A DNA stretch of 64,000 bases from Oikopleura dioica (taxonomy: Eukaryota; Animalia; Chordata), in the NCBI GenBank assembly GCA_907165135.1, contig OU015569.1, positions 11,532,001-11,596,000 on the forward strand. Reading direction: 5' to 3'. A program made the position numbers and the translations under genes. Under the pieces are notes generated by a model that made no database searches, was not told where the DNA came from, and worked only from the letters and a program-made list of their open reading frames with translations. Shown in pieces: positions 11,895 through 21,883 of the stretch; position 1 is the first letter of the stretch, and each line of letters begins with the position of its first letter.

Positions 11895-11971
11895 AAAAAT
11901 TTTTTTTAATTAACACTTTTTTTTTCTCATTAATAAAACAACTAGAATAATACATGAAACCTTAACATTGT

Positions 11972-12252
11972 CTAACTCGAGTTTGCGCGCCGAAAAAGCC
12001 TGTAGAACTCGCCCGGGGCCGTGTCAAACTCTGCCTTGAGCGTTTTCTTGTGAACTTGGGCCAGATGATCGTAGAAGCAGTCTAACGAAGATTGACAGAG
12101 TAGGAATTCGAAAACAGACCTTTGTATTTGAACTTTGTCTTGCTGTTTTCAGGTTCGAATTTTGAAATTTAAAAAATGAAATTAAGAAATTCCAGTGCTT
12201 TGGAACCTGAGCAGAAAAAGCAGCTGATCAGTTTCTCTGAATTGGAACTCAT
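11972..12252 (-). CDS. Small spliced protein with a C2H2-zinc-finger-like pattern
   Basis: Exon pieces MSSNSEKLISCFFCS / SKTKFKYK / DCFYDHLAQVHKKTLKAEFDTAPGEFYRLFRRANSS* give CxxC...F...HxxxxH. The middle splice phase could not be resolved. Confidence 0.4.
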
Positions 12253-12513
12253 CTCAAAATCATAAAACGAGGGCACGGTACAAAACGGATAGCATAATAA
12301 TGATTTAGGCGAATCACTCAGCCATGTCCGATTTAGTAAATCAAATTGCTACATCTCCCAACTCATAAATTCCCAATTCATCTATTGCTGATATCAACAA
12401 AGACCAATTTCATTAACAAATTTATTGAAAGTTAAATTCGAGCTTGAACTTGTCAGTTTTAATTCTAGTGTCGTCAGGATTGGTTGGAAGATAATAACAA
12501 TTGTTAATTAGTG

Positions 12514-14787
12514 TTAAAAAGCGTTTTTGATCTTTTGCTTCGTCTGCTTGTAAAGACTCTTCTCGAAGGCATTGGCGGGCGATTCCAGCTTGAAACTGCC
12601 CATAAACAGGAAATCGTCGGACTTTGAAAAGTCACACAGCCGGAATTCTGCGTCAAGCGTTGCGTTTAGCTGAAAGTGTAATTAGACGGAGAGTTGGAGA
12701 CAAGGAAGAGTACCTTTTGAGATGGCGGGTTTTGTTGTCTTTCGTACAATTTGGACAGTGGCAGTGCAGTCTGTGAAAAGGCGTGGAAGAGCTTTTCAGT
12801 GGGAAGTGGCGCTTCCTGACCAAGTTTGCGGATTTCCTCCGCCTGAAAGCAGGCGTCTTTCACCAACAAAGAGACGAAGGGGATTTCGCACGGGAGCGAC
12901 TTCGATTGATGTTTTGAGATGATGCGATAGTTTTTGAAATTGAAGCTCGGATCCGTGATGTGTTTGAGCACGCGCAAACGCTGGCTGCGCACCTTTTTCA
13001 TGGCATAACCAGCTAGAAAGTAGTTTTTAAAGATCCTTGGGCTAAGGCTGCCATTTCCTTTGATTTCACTTTTACGAGTCGACTGACCGGCGTGGAACTT
13101 AATCCCAGGCTCAGCGCCATGGCTGAATTCCAGTTTCCAACATCGCAACACCGAATCGCTACTTCGACAAGATGTTCGACAACTTCCACCGCTTGGGACG
13201 TCTTCGATGACTAGTAGATTCAAATGAGCAAATTCACCGAAATCAATTTCTTTTCCGAAAAACAACTGTACTTACGAGGCAAACTTGAGCAGCAGCTTGT
13301 TGGGAGAGTTCGTTGAACCACTCCGCCCACAAGTCAAGCGAGTTCTTCCGCCGTTTTCCAAACGTTAAAAAATCTTCTTGACAAGTTTGTCGAAGAAATT
13401 GCTAATTGGAAATTAATATATGATTTTGACGAAAACTCTTACCAATTCTTTGCAAGTTAAATACTCTGCCAGGACATCAACGGAGTAGTTTTTCACGAAC
13501 GGTTTCAGCCTGAGATTTTTCTTGGCGACTTCAGGCTGAAATCGCGGCGCTACAAGCCGATTACAAAGCAGTGCAGAATGTCGGTGCACGCGAAGGACGA
13601 TGTCTGAGGATTGTTGAAGAGAAATCTGAAAAAAAAATTGAGAATGAAATAGAAGACGGCTGCTTTACAATTTCTTGCGAGCGGAGATGTTCGAGAATGC
13701 CCATGAGGATGTGGAGAGTTTCGGGAATCTGGAGATCGCCCGGAAATGATTTGGACCAGAAATCGACGATTTTGAATATTTTTTCTGTGCATTGAGCTGA
13801 TGAATCTTCTCCATCGTCGAAAATCGAGCTTTGGTAACCTTTGAAATCAATTTTATTCCAACTTCTTTTCAGCTCTTTTTTACCTGAATCGCGGTCGGCC
13901 ATGTCCGGACTCGACACGCCCGAAGACGAGGTCGAGCCGAATCCTTTCGGAACATACGCAGATTGAGGCCTTTGACTCTTTATCGAAGACGGGCGAATGA
14001 GGGAACGGCACTTGGCGACGAGCGAGACACTTTCGAGTTCCGAGACTATTTCGTCGAAGGCTTCAACGACGCGGACGTGGTTATTTTCCATGATGTTCTC
14101 CTCCTCGGATTCTGATTCTGCCTGGATCACTGTGTATCGAACCGATTCTCGGTGAGACTTTCTGTTCAGTCGTGAGCGTTTGATTGTCCCTGCGGAAAAG
14201 CTCTGAGCGATGGAATTGCTTCTCGAGCATCTTCTGCTTCCAGTTCTTCTGAGAGTTGTTTCGGCTAAGCAAAGTTTAATCAATGATTATTTCTTTTTAG
14301 AACATCTTTGAAAAAGCCAGAGAAATGGAAAACTATCGTTTCATTTTCTTACAGTAACCAAGCTTGCTAGTAGAGCTCTTCTTGGTCGCATTTTCTAGAT
14401 ATTTCTTGAGCGATTGAAGTGCTTCGATCGGCTTGATGATCATTCGCAGGCAAAGAATAGTTTCGTGGAGTTGAACATCCTAAATGCTTCGAGTGAGATT
14501 AAGTGCTCAGAAGTCGCTGACACCAAAAAACAAATTCTCCATTCAAGTCAAGTGGGGCCCCTTTTCGGCCCCCGATTATGGGAGTCAACAATCGGGTCAA
14601 GGGCTTGTTTTATGGGGAGTCTCAGAGTCCATGCTCCTTGGTCCCTTGCCAGGTCATCGCGCAAGCGATTGAAAGAAGCGGCCGCCCGCTTTGAAAGAAT
14701 GAAATTTTGAAAGGACTCCTTCTTAGAGCCAGAGCTTGAGAAAAAGCGATATGCAAAGTTTATTCCGTTTAGGATAGAAAAAGCCAT
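12514..14787 (-). CDS. RASGEF1: RasGEF1-family Ras guanine nucleotide exchange factor (REM + CDC25), copy 1; 5' end approximate
   Basis: Spliced motifs LAEYLTCKEL, WFNELSQQAAAQVC, AIRCCDVGNWNSAMALSLGLSSTPVSRL, LKHITDPSFNFKNYR, IPFVSLLVKD and a C-terminal FMGSFKLESP, colinear with RasGEF1-type proteins as recalled. Confidence 0.85.
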
Positions 14788-15129
14788 CAAATCGGTCCTT
14801 TTTTTATAAAAATTGCAATCATAAATCTTCGAAAAAGGCACTTTTCTGCTCCTAGTAGAAAATGTGCCAATGTACACAGCAGGAAGAACCGCTCCACCTG
14901 TCAGGTAGCATCGACAAAACGCTGGAGCTGGGCCAAAATGAATTTTTGAAGTCCAAAATCTAAATTTTAAAATCGATCCCAAATCGACGCAGCTCTAATT
15001 TCGCGAAAAGGACGCAATCTGTTCAAGCGCCGATTTCAGATTTAGCCTGAACAGAAGAAATCGAGTTGATTAATTAGGCCAATAATGAATTTTAAAAAAA
15101 ATTAAAAAAAAATTTTTTTTATTTATTTT

Positions 15130-15312
15130 TCAGATTTTTTTTAATTTTTTTAAAGCATGTTCGATCACCATCTTCGTGTGGAGTTCTTTCATCTCGGCGA
15201 GTCGTTGTTCCGATTTTTGGATCTCCATCGACAATTGCTCGATCTCAACAGACGACTCCGACAAAGATGGAGGATCTTCCAAGCTTTCTCGATCCGACAT
15301 TCTTAATATCAT
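15130..15312 (-). CDS. 60-aa orphan ORF of the cassette, copy 2 (in-frame 33-nt deletion)
   Basis: First 21 codons identical to copies 1 and 3; 11 codons are removed without a frameshift. Confidence 0.45.
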   Translation of the reverse strand: MILRMSDRESLEDPPSLSESSVEIEQLSMEIQKSEQRLAEMKELHTKMVIEHALKKLKKI

Positions 15313-15340
15313 TACTTTTTTTATCTTATTCTTTTAAATT

Positions 15341-15416
15341 TGGAGAGACGCGGGGAATCGAACCCGGGACTTCCGCTTTTTAGACGGGAGCACTACGATC
15401 TAGGCCATACCTCTCC
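15341..15416 (-). ncRNA. Degenerate tRNA-like head, copy 2
   Basis: Reverse complement GGAGAGGTATGGCCTAGATCGTAGTGCTCCCGTCTAAAAAGCGGAAGTCCCGGGTTCGATTCCCCGCGTCTCTCCA, with a 7-nt loop CTAAAAA. Confidence 0.8.
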
Positions 15417-15779
15417 GACAACAATCGGTTATAACAACCGGTTTTTGCTGAGTAAGTTTTTTTTTAGAAAATATTAAGGTTTCAAGTATTATTCTTGTTG
15501 TTTTATTAATAGTAGACTTTGTCGAATCATTTATTATTAGATCGTTTTAACGACTGTTTGTTACAGTCTCTTGAAATAAGAAATAAGTTTGATGAAACAT
15601 TTGTGGATTCTTGTCAAGGCTCTGAAATCATAAATTCTGATTCAAATAATTGAAGAAATTGATTTGATTAAAAGACTTTGAGGAAAACGAGTGGAGAAGG
15701 CCTTGGCGAAGATGGAAACCGACATGAAGCAGACGCCATTGAAAGTGTCCGTAATACAGGAAGTGCTCTTACTGTAGCT

Positions 15780-16063
15780 CCCGACTTGAGCTTTGTACTG
15801 GGCTTTTATATTTCCACAAGCTGAATTGTGTTAGATTCATTTTTTCCCTGATGCATTTTACCTTGATATCTTGCAACGACTACAAACTGAAAACGAATTT
15901 CTTTTCGCTTGAATCCTTCGTACTCTGCGATAGCGAAACCAACCCGCGTCGACTTTTTCCAACAAAGCTGGCTGTAATGTCCCCATTCGTGAAATGTGTC
16001 CATGTTGGGCTCGGCATCGTCGGAGATTTCATTCAGATAAATGGGCATGAGATTATTATTCGT
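15780..16063 (-). pseudogene. Fragment of a CAP/SCP (GLIPR2/GAPR-1-like) domain gene, last two exons
   Basis: WGHYSQLCWKKSTRVGFAIA...FVVVARYQ|ACGNIKAQYKAQV joined by a phase-1 GT-AG intron. This is the CAP C-terminal signature. The segment is unique in the window and bounded by rearrangement junctions. Confidence 0.75.
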
Positions 16064-17972
16064 CCAAGTGCGATTTCGTCGCCTTTGGCGCAGCTTTCAA
16101 AGCTCTGATAAGAATTCCAGGCTTTTCAAGGAGATAGCGATGCATGGCGAGAACCATGCTTTTTCGCTTATCCAAACTGTCGGGAAGTTTGAGCGACATT
16201 TTAATCGAAGGAATGGACAACTCGTGCGCCTCTGCGAAAGATTCCTCCGCGTCTTCAAGCGAAAAACTCAGCTGCTGGACGATGTCGAGTTCCGTCTCAA
16301 TCACTGCCGGCTGCCAAACTAGGTGCTCGAAGTAGTTGAAAGTCGCTAGCAAGTTAGAATCGGCGACGTAGCGAGAAGTCGAATTCGTCGAGTTGAACTT
16401 GACCAGTAAGAGTTGGACCTTTTCGACGAGGCAGATGTCGATGTTGATTGTTCGCGCGAACTCGCGAATCGAGGAAAGGTATTCTCTGAAGATGGTAATG
16501 AGGATTTCCTTGAGGATCTTGTCTTTCGCCTGTTTTGATCGCTGGACCATTTGGTTCTCGATGTAAGTGAACAATTCTCGGTACTCGTACGCAGTCGGTT
16601 CCGTTACCAGGTAAGACGCAAGTCGCAATCGCTCGATATGAAGAACAGCGATGTGATAGAGCACATTGAAATAGTCGAGCGCCTTGATTTCGCCGTCCAG
16701 CTGAATGTCTCTAGATCCGATCGAGTGGTTTAACGCAAGTTTGAGGTCTTGAACTTCTTTGATCGTCGAACCCGAGCTGCCCTTTTTCAAGGCAGGATTG
16801 TTCTCTAGGGTCTGCTTCACCGGTTCATTTGTAAGAAAAGACAGCGTCGGGGATCGTTTTGCAATGGCCATGATATCGGCCCTTTGCTCATCCGGCCAGC
16901 CGATCGACATGTCGGAAAAGCCGAAAACAGCGCAGTAAAACCAAAAGTCGCGCATCGAATTCCTCAGTGAGAAGAACTGCGGATCGTTCCAATCGGGCGC
17001 TCCACTAGAGACAATCAGCGCAATGCAAGACATGATGGAAGAAACGCGCTCATCGTTCTTGTCTTCACTTGAAATTGAAAAGAAGAGCTTCAAGTAACGA
17101 CTAAGGAGCCAGAGTTTGTGCTGACCAGCTGCTGCTTCAGCGAGCTTTTTCAGGCAGTTGTAGGAAAGGGTTCTTTCAACGGTTGATTTGGTGTTGACGA
17201 AAGATTGGATGATGATTTCGATGATTTCCGCAGCCATGTTTTCTCCTTTTCGATCTTCTGGTGGCGATTTCTCCGCGATTTTTATCGAAAGAGTGGTCAG
17301 ATGAACTAGGCATTCTTTCTCCAAGTTTAGACCGCCTTTTATTAGAGTGTTATGAACAGTAGTAAACACCTTCAGCTGGCTATCACTTTTCTCCGTAACG
17401 AAAGTGGTCAACAACGCGAAAAGATGATCCATTGCCAGAGGACCATTTGGATTGCTGCTGCTGATGGAAAGGATTTTTGAGCAAAGAAGTCCAACCTGCG
17501 CGCTTTCGTTATTTTCCCCAGCAGCGCAGATTTCCTGAAAAGTCTTGATTCCATGCTCGCGAAGTTGTTGATATTCGCCTTTTTTGCTTGCTTTTTGGAG
17601 CTTGATAAGGACGGGCGCTGGTGTGAGGAGAAAGTCGCGAATCGCCTTCGTCGCTTGGTCTTTAATCGAGTTGTGATAATTGACGAGCTCGGAGACAGTG
17701 GAAAGAAGGTCGTGGAAAAGTCCCACCGCGATGAGACACAGTGCCGTGGGATCGTTTCCAAGAAGACGGGCGACGATCTTTTTCAAAATGCTGGCCGCGC
17801 CGCGCTCACTTCTCACAGTGCGAACAGACAAGTAACAGGAGGCGCCAATACAGTTCAGTTGCCGCTGCAGACGGCTCATTTTCAAAATCGTGCTTTCCTC
17901 GTTGTTCTCTTCGCCTCGTTGGCGCACTGCGTTCACACTGCTGATGAAACCGTCCAGCGCCGTTTTCGACAT
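16056..17972 (-). CDS. PI4KA: Partial duplicate of PI4KA: 638-aa open N-terminal scaffold fragment with no kinase domain
   Basis: 16064-17991 matches 26218-28145. It starts at an internal Met (MSKTALD) and stops two codons past the junction (SHLDE*). Confidence 0.9.
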   Translation of the reverse strand: MSKTALDGFISSVNAVRQRGEENNEESTILKMSRLQRQLNCIGASCYLSVRTVRSERGAASILKKIVARLLGNDPTALCLIAVGLFHDLLSTVSELVNYHNSIKDQATKAIRDFLLTPAPVLIKLQKASKKGEYQQLREHGIKTFQEICAAGENNESAQVGLLCSKILSISSSNPNGPLAMDHLFALLTTFVTEKSDSQLKVFTTVHNTLIKGGLNLEKECLVHLTTLSIKIAEKSPPEDRKGENMAAEIIEIIIQSFVNTKSTVERTLSYNCLKKLAEAAAGQHKLWLLSRYLKLFFSISSEDKNDERVSSIMSCIALIVSSGAPDWNDPQFFSLRNSMRDFWFYCAVFGFSDMSIGWPDEQRADIMAIAKRSPTLSFLTNEPVKQTLENNPALKKGSSGSTIKEVQDLKLALNHSIGSRDIQLDGEIKALDYFNVLYHIAVLHIERLRLASYLVTEPTAYEYRELFTYIENQMVQRSKQAKDKILKEILITIFREYLSSIREFARTINIDICLVEKVQLLLVKFNSTNSTSRYVADSNLLATFNYFEHLVWQPAVIETELDIVQQLSFSLEDAEESFAEAHELSIPSIKMSLKLPDSLDKRKSMVLAMHRYLLEKPGILIRALKAAPKATKSHLDE

Positions 17973-18477
17973 TTTCGAAAACTCCTCTTCGCCTTTTAGC
18001 GCTCTCGAGCTAAAATGAAAAGCCGCGTTTAAAAACGAAGCCGCGGCGCGGCTTCGCCAAAATTATCTTTTTGATGTTTTCTAACCTGACTTAGGTTTTC
18101 TTTTTTGCAGTAAAAGCTACAGTAAGAGCGCTTCCTGTATTACGGACACTTTCACTGGCGTCTGCTTCATGTCGGTTTCCATCTTCGCCAAGGCCTTCTC
18201 CACTCGTTTTCCTCAAAGTCTTTTAATCAAATCAATTTCTTCAATTATTTGAATCAGAATTTATGATTTCAGAGCCTTGACAAGAATCCACAAATGTTTC
18301 ATCAAACTTATTTCTTATTTCAAGAGACTGTAACAAACAGTCGTTAAAACGATCTAATAATAAATGATTCGACAAAGTCTACTATTAATAAAACAACAAG
18401 AATAATACTTGAAACCTTAATATTTTCTAAAAAAAAACTTACTCAGCAAAAACCGGTTGTTATAACCGACTGTTGTC

Positions 18478-18555
18478 GGAGAGGTAATGGCCTAAATGGT
18501 AGTACTTCCGTCTTTAAAAGCGGAAGTCCCGGGTTCGATTCCCCGCATCTCTCCA
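18478..18555 (+). ncRNA. Degenerate tRNA-like head, copy 3
   Basis: Identical to 11561-11638 except one substitution near the 3' end. Confidence 0.8.
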
Positions 18556-18583
18556 AATTTAAAAGAATAAGATAAAAAAAGTA

Positions 18584-18799
18584 ATGATATTAAGAATGTC
18601 GGATCGAGAAAGCTTGGAAGATCCTCCATCTTTGTCGGAGTCGTCTCTTGGGTCTCTTCATCGACGTTCGATTGGCTCCATAGAGATCGAGCGATCGTCG
18701 ATGGATATCCAACGACAAGAAGAACGATTGGCGGAGATGAAGAAACTCCACAACAAGATGGTGATCGACCATGCTTTAAAAAAATTAAAAAAATACTGA
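18584..18799 (+). CDS. 71-aa orphan ORF of the cassette, copy 3
   Basis: Paralog of 11667-11894; open frame with many replacements after codon 21. Confidence 0.45.
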   Translation: MILRMSDRESLEDPPSLSESSLGSLHRRSIGSIEIERSSMDIQRQEERLAEMKKLHNKMVIDHALKKLKKY

Positions 18800-18828
18800 A
18801 AAATAAATAAAAAAAATTTTTATTAATT

Positions 18829-18972
18829 CGAAAACAGACCTTTGTATTTGAACTTTGTCTTGCTGTTTTCAGGTTCGAATTTTGAAATTTAAAAAATGAA
18901 ATTAAGAAATTCCAGTGCTTTGGAACCTGAGCAGAAAAAGCAGCTGATCAGTTTCTCTGAATTGGAACTCAT
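18829..18972 (-). pseudogene. Truncated copy of the small zinc-finger-like gene (last exon deleted)
   Basis: Matches 12109-12252; the His-His exon is absent at the 18828 junction. Confidence 0.4.
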
Positions 18973-19233
18973 CTCAAAATCATAAAACGAGGGCACGGTA
19001 CAAAACGGATAGCATAATAATGATTTAGGCGAATCACTCAGCCATGTCCGATTTAGTAAATCAAATTGCTACATCTCCCAACTCATAAAGTCCCAATTCA
19101 TCTATTGCTGATATCAACAAAGACCAATTTCTTTTACAAATTTATTGAAAGTTAAAATCGAGCTTGAACTTGTCAGTTATATTTCTAGTGTCGTCAGGAT
19201 TGGTCGGAAGATAATTACAGTAGTTAATTAGTG

Positions 19234-21522
19234 TTAAAAAGCGTTTTTGATCTTTTGCTTCGTCTGCTTGTAAAGACTCTTCTCAAAGGCATTGGCGGGG
19301 GATTCAAGCTTAAAACTGCCCATAAACAGGAAATCGTCGGACTTTGAAAAGTCACACAGCCGGAATTCTGCGTCAAGCGTTGCGTTTAGCTGAAAGTGTA
19401 ATTAGACGGAGAGTTGGAGACAAGGAAGAGTACCTTTTGAGATGGCGGGTTTTGTTGTCTTTCGTACAATTTGGACAGTGGCAGTGCAGTCTGTGAAAAG
19501 GCGTGGAAGAGCTTTTCAGTGGGAAGTGGCGCTTCCTGACCAAGTTTGCGGATTTCCTCCGCCTGAAAGCAGGCGTCTTTCACCAACAAAGAGACGAAGG
19601 GGATTTCGCACGGGAGCGACTTCGATTGATGTTTTGAGATGATGCGATAGTTTTTGAAATTAAAGCTCGGATCCGTGATGTGCTTGAGCACGCGCAAACG
19701 CTGGCTGCGCACCTTTTTCATGGCATAACCAGCAAGAACGTAGTTTTTAAAAATCCTTGAGCTTAGGCTGCCATTTCCTTTGATTTCACTTTTACGAGTC
19801 GACTGACCGGCGTGGAACTTAATCCCAGGCTCAGCGCCATGGCTGAATTCCAATTTCCAACATCGCAACACCGAATCGCTACTTCGACAAGATGTTCGAC
19901 AACTTCCACCGCTTGGGACGTCTTCGATGACTAGTAGATTCAAATGAGGACTCATCAAAATCAATTTCTTTTCCGTAAAACAACTGTACTTACGAGGCAA
20001 ACTTGAGCAGCAGCTTGTTGGGAGAGTTCGTTGAACCACTCTGCCCACAAATCAAGCGAGTTCTTCCGCCGTTTTCCAAACGTTAAAAAATCTTCTTGGC
20101 AAGTTTGTCGAAGAAATTGCTAATTGGAATTAAACACTTGAATTCTAAAGAGATCTTTTACCAATTCTTTGCAAGTTAAATACTCTGCCAGGACATCAAC
20201 GGAGTAGTTTTTCACGAACGGTTTCAGCCTGAGATTTTTCTTGGCGACTTCAGGCTGAAATCGCGGCGCTACAAGCCGATTACAAAGCAGTGCAGAATGT
20301 CGGTGCACGCGAAGGACGATGTCTGAGGATTGTTGAAGAGAAATCTGAAAAAAAAAAATTGAGAATGAAATAGAAGACGGCTGCTTTACAATTTCTTGCG
20401 AGCGGAGATGTTCGAGAATGCCCATGAGGATGTGGAGAGTTTCGGGAATCTGGAGATCGCCCGGAAATGATTTGGACCAGAAATCGACGATTTTGAATAT
20501 TTTTTCTGTGCATTGAGCTGATGAATCTTCTCCATCGTCGAAAATCGAGCTTTGGTAACCTTTGAAATCAATTTTATTCCAACTTCTTTTCAGCTCTTTT
20601 TTACCTGAATCGCGGTCGGCCATGTCCGGACTCGACACGCCCGAAGACGAGGTCGAGCCGAATCCTTTCGGAACATACGCAGATTGAGGCCTTTGACTCT
20701 TTATCGAAGACGGGCGAATGAGGGAACGGCACTTGGCGACGAGCGAGACACTTTCGAGTTCCGAGACTATTTCGTCGAAGGCTTCAACGACGCGGACGTG
20801 GTTATTTTCCATGATGTTCTCCTCCTCGGATTCTGATTCTGCCTGGATCACTGTGTATCGAACCGATTCTCGGTGGGATTTTCTGTTCAGTCGTGAGCGT
20901 TTGATCGTCCCTGCAGAAAAGCTCTGAGCGATGGAATTGCTTCTCGAGCATCTTCTGCTTCCAGTTCTTCTGAGAGTTGTTTCGGCTAAGAAAAGTTTAA
21001 TCAATGATCATTTCTTTTTAGAAAATCTTAAAGAGGAATTCCCGATGATAAATCTTGAATGAACTACTATCATTTCATTTGTCTTACAGTAACCAAGGTT
21101 GCTAGTTGAGCTCTTCTTGGTCGCATTTTCTAGATATTTCTTGAGCGATTGAAGTGCTTCGATCGGCTTGATGATCATTCGCAGGCAAAGAATAGTTTCG
21201 TGGAGTTGAACATCCTAAATGCTTCGAGTGAGATTAAGTGCTCAGAAGTCGCTGACACCAAAAAACAAATTCTCCATTCAAGTCAAGTGGGGCCCCTTTT
21301 CGGCCACCGATTATGGGAGTCAACAATCGGGTCAAGGGCTTGTTTTATGGGGAGTCTCAGAGTCCATGCTCCTTGGTCCCTTGCCAGGTCATCGCGCAAA
21401 CGATTGAAAGAAGCGGCCGCGCTCTTTGAAAGAATGAAATTTTGAAAGGACCCCTTCTTAGAGCCAGAGCTTGAGAAAAAGCGATATGCAAAGTTTATTC
21501 CTTTTAGGATAGAAAAAGCCAT
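19234..21522 (-). CDS. RASGEF1: RasGEF1-family GEF, copy 2
   Basis: Near-identical to 12514-14787. One putative acceptor reads TTCTTG (~19733) where copy 1 has TTCTAG, so this copy may be defective. Confidence 0.8.
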
Positions 21523-21883
21523 CAAATCGGTCCTTTTTTTTATAAAAATTGCAATCATAAATCTTCGAAAAAGGCACTTTTCTGCTCCTAGTAGAAAATG
21601 TGCCAATGTAGACAGCAGGAAGAACCGCTCCACCTGTCAGGTAGCATCGACAAAACGCTGGAGCTGGGCCAAAATGAATTTTTGAAGTCCAAAATCTAAA
21701 TTTTAAAATCGATCCCAAATCGACGCAGCTCTAATTTCGCGAAAAGGACGCAATCTGTTCAAGCGCCGATTTCAGATTTAGCCTGAACAGAGGAAATCGA
21801 GTTGATTAATTAGGCCAATAATGAATTAGGGACCCTGTTATGGTCAATTATTTCCAACAAATGGGCGGGAAGGAACAATGGCT

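Larger units (their letters stand above)
10074..15091. repeat. Segmental duplication, copy 1 (matches 17988-21827)
   Basis: Colinear near-identity. Copy 1 additionally carries the 977-bp foldback insertion and the ~197 bp at 11912-12108. Confidence 0.95.
15100..15779 (-). repeat. Inverted copy of 10212-11911 without the foldback insertion
   Basis: The reverse complement matches the segment carrying the empty MULE site, the tRNA-like head and the small ORF. Confidence 0.92.
17988..21827. repeat. Segmental duplication, copy 2 (matches 10074-15091)
   Basis: Begins at a TTCG microhomology with the PI4KA fragment. Lacks the foldback element and 11912-12108 (AATT microhomology at 18825-18828). 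Confidence 0.95.
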
